A stretch of DNA of 32,000 nt. It comes from Desulfobulbus propionicus DSM 2032. Its GTDB lineage: Bacteria > Desulfobacterota > Desulfobulbia > Desulfobulbales > Desulfobulbaceae. The notes under the pieces were generated by a model, which was given only the letters and a program-made list of their open reading frames with translations, was not told the origin of the DNA and made no database searches. The DNA lies in assembly GCF_000186885.1 (NCBI RefSeq), contig NC_014972.1, positions 1,860,001-1,892,000 of the forward strand, given 5' to 3'. The position numbers were made by a program, and so were the translations under genes. The first letter of the stretch is position 1. Every line of letters starts with the position of its first letter. Shown here piece by piece: positions 30,950 through 32,000 of the stretch.

Positions 30950-31885
30950 TCAAAAGCTCCAGATTTTCCCCAGCTTGATCTCGATGCGGATATCATCGGA
31001 GGCGGTGGCCACGTCGTAATCCCGCACCACCGGAACAAACAGACCCGCGCCCAGCCACATATTCCATTGCGGCATCACATAGTTGGCCGTTGGGCCCACA
31101 TACACTTCAGTGGCGTCATTGTTCATATCCCTGCCGGCGCGTTCCCACGAGCGGCAGTTTTCAGCGGTGAATTCCAGACCGATGTCGAAATGCGGATTGA
31201 ACACGTAATGGTAGCTGCCGGTCATGGTCCAGGCGGTATCCTTTTTCACCCCCTGGTTGCCGGTTTCGGTCGGTTGCACAAAGCCCAGGTCCCAGTCCAC
31301 CCGGTGCTTGGGATGCCAGACCTTGGTGACGCCGATCTTGGCATTGTAGGACCAGACATCGCCGCCAACCGGATGATCCGGGCCTTCCTGGCCGGTGGGC
31401 ATGTTGACGCCCAGGGTGGCGGCCAGGCTCAGAGGATCGCCCAGCCGCTGGGACATGATGGCGTAGGAGGCGCCCAGGGCGAAATCTGTCGGCCCATCGA
31501 TGCGATCCGAAGCTAAGTTGCCGTAGGCGTCGCGGTGATTGTTGATGTATCCCGGCACAAAGGCGATCTCGACCCGCTCGGTGAGGCCGTAGCGCAGCTT
31601 GAGCAGGTACAGTTCGCTCTCCATGGTCCTGGCGCCAAAGCCGGCGTCGTCGACGATGTCATCCTTGTCTCGATAGGAAAAATTCAACGCGCTCAGCAGC
31701 AGCCCCTTGGGCACCAGTCCGCCGCCGCTGATGGCGGAGTTGACCGGCGTGCCGCTCAGTCCTCCCATCTTTTCCGTTTGCGGCTGTTCGGTCACTGTGC
31801 TGTCCGCAGCCGCCGCATGCATGGCTGTCAGACAGGAGAGCATCATGCAGCAAACGAATGCCTGGTGTGTTTTCTTTTCAATCAT
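30950..31885 (-). CDS. Outer-membrane beta-barrel protein (MetA-pathway/'transporter' OMP-like)
   Basis: ATG 31885 is preceded by GGAGGG. Signal peptide FVCCMMLSCLTAMHAAAA|D. It has alternating amphipathic beta-strand patterns and a C-terminal aromatic residue (KLGKIWSF), which is typical of BAM substrates. Confidence 0.7.
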   Translation of the reverse strand: MIEKKTHQAFVCCMMLSCLTAMHAAAADSTVTEQPQTEKMGGLSGTPVNSAISGGGLVPKGLLLSALNFSYRDKDDIVDDAGFGARTMESELYLLKLRYGLTERVEIAFVPGYINNHRDAYGNLASDRIDGPTDFALGASYAIMSQRLGDPLSLAATLGVNMPTGQEGPDHPVGGDVWSYNAKIGVTKVWHPKHRVDWDLGFVQPTETGNQGVKKDTAWTMTGSYHYVFNPHFDIGLEFTAENCRSWERAGRDMNNDATEVYVGPTANYVMPQWNMWLGAGLFVPVVRDYDVATASDDIRIEIKLGKIWSF

Positions 31886-32000
31886 CCAACCCTCCATTGT
31901 GTCAAAAATACCGTGGCAACATGAATCGTGCAGGAACGGCTGGCCAAATTCGACCAACAGGGGTGCCGTTCGTTGGCCCACTAAACCAAAGCAGAGGGAG

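Noticed and set aside
1-32000. Search for CRISPR arrays, tRNA/rRNA genes, IS elements, integrases, phage genes or toxin-antitoxin/defence genes
   Set aside because: I saw no spaced direct-repeat array, no cloverleaf-like or rRNA-like sequence, no transposase or recombinase motifs, and no terminal inverted repeats flanking a block. The only dispersed repeat is the 78-nt regulatory module reported above.

Overview
GC-rich bacterial chromosomal segment. The gene content suggests an anaerobic Desulfuromonas/Pelobacter/Desulfovibrio-like organism, but that is an inference, not a search result. I call about 29 protein-coding genes and found no rRNA, tRNA, CRISPR array, transposase or integrase. Layout: (1) 1-1942 (+): TPR protein fragment, then LPS-core heptose genes waaF and gmhB. 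(2) 2000-5050 (+): a LemA/TPM/TPM triad and a glycerophosphodiester phosphodiesterase. (3) 5081-5737 (-): a DnaQ-like exonuclease. (4) 5895-19522 (-): the dominant locus. An iron-type alcohol dehydrogenase sits behind a consensus sigma-54 promoter, followed by a Mop-type molybdenum aldehyde oxidoreductase. Nine tightly packed, mostly overlapping accessory genes then follow: an FAD/FeS/CCG reductase fusion, a 4-Cys mini-protein, a SAM methyltransferase, a C_GCAxxG_C_C protein, a radical SAM enzyme, a PaaK-like adenylating enzyme, XdhC, a MocA-like NTP-transferase-HD fusion and a histidine phosphatase. (5) 20114-21809 (+): an orphan protein and a cytidylate-kinase-like/BON protein. (6) 22256-28018 (+): a trxB-thioredoxin-arylsulfotransferase-homologue operon, a GGCT-like gene and an MFS transporter. 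The first operon and the transporter carry near-identical copies of a 78-nt regulatory module. (7) 28290-31885: a sensor kinase and NarL-type regulator (+), and an outer-membrane beta-barrel (-). The best candidate for an undescribed system is the nine-gene module downstream of the aldehyde oxidoreductase. Only two of its genes have a known role in molybdenum cofactor maturation. All functional calls come from motifs read in the translations. No database search was possible.
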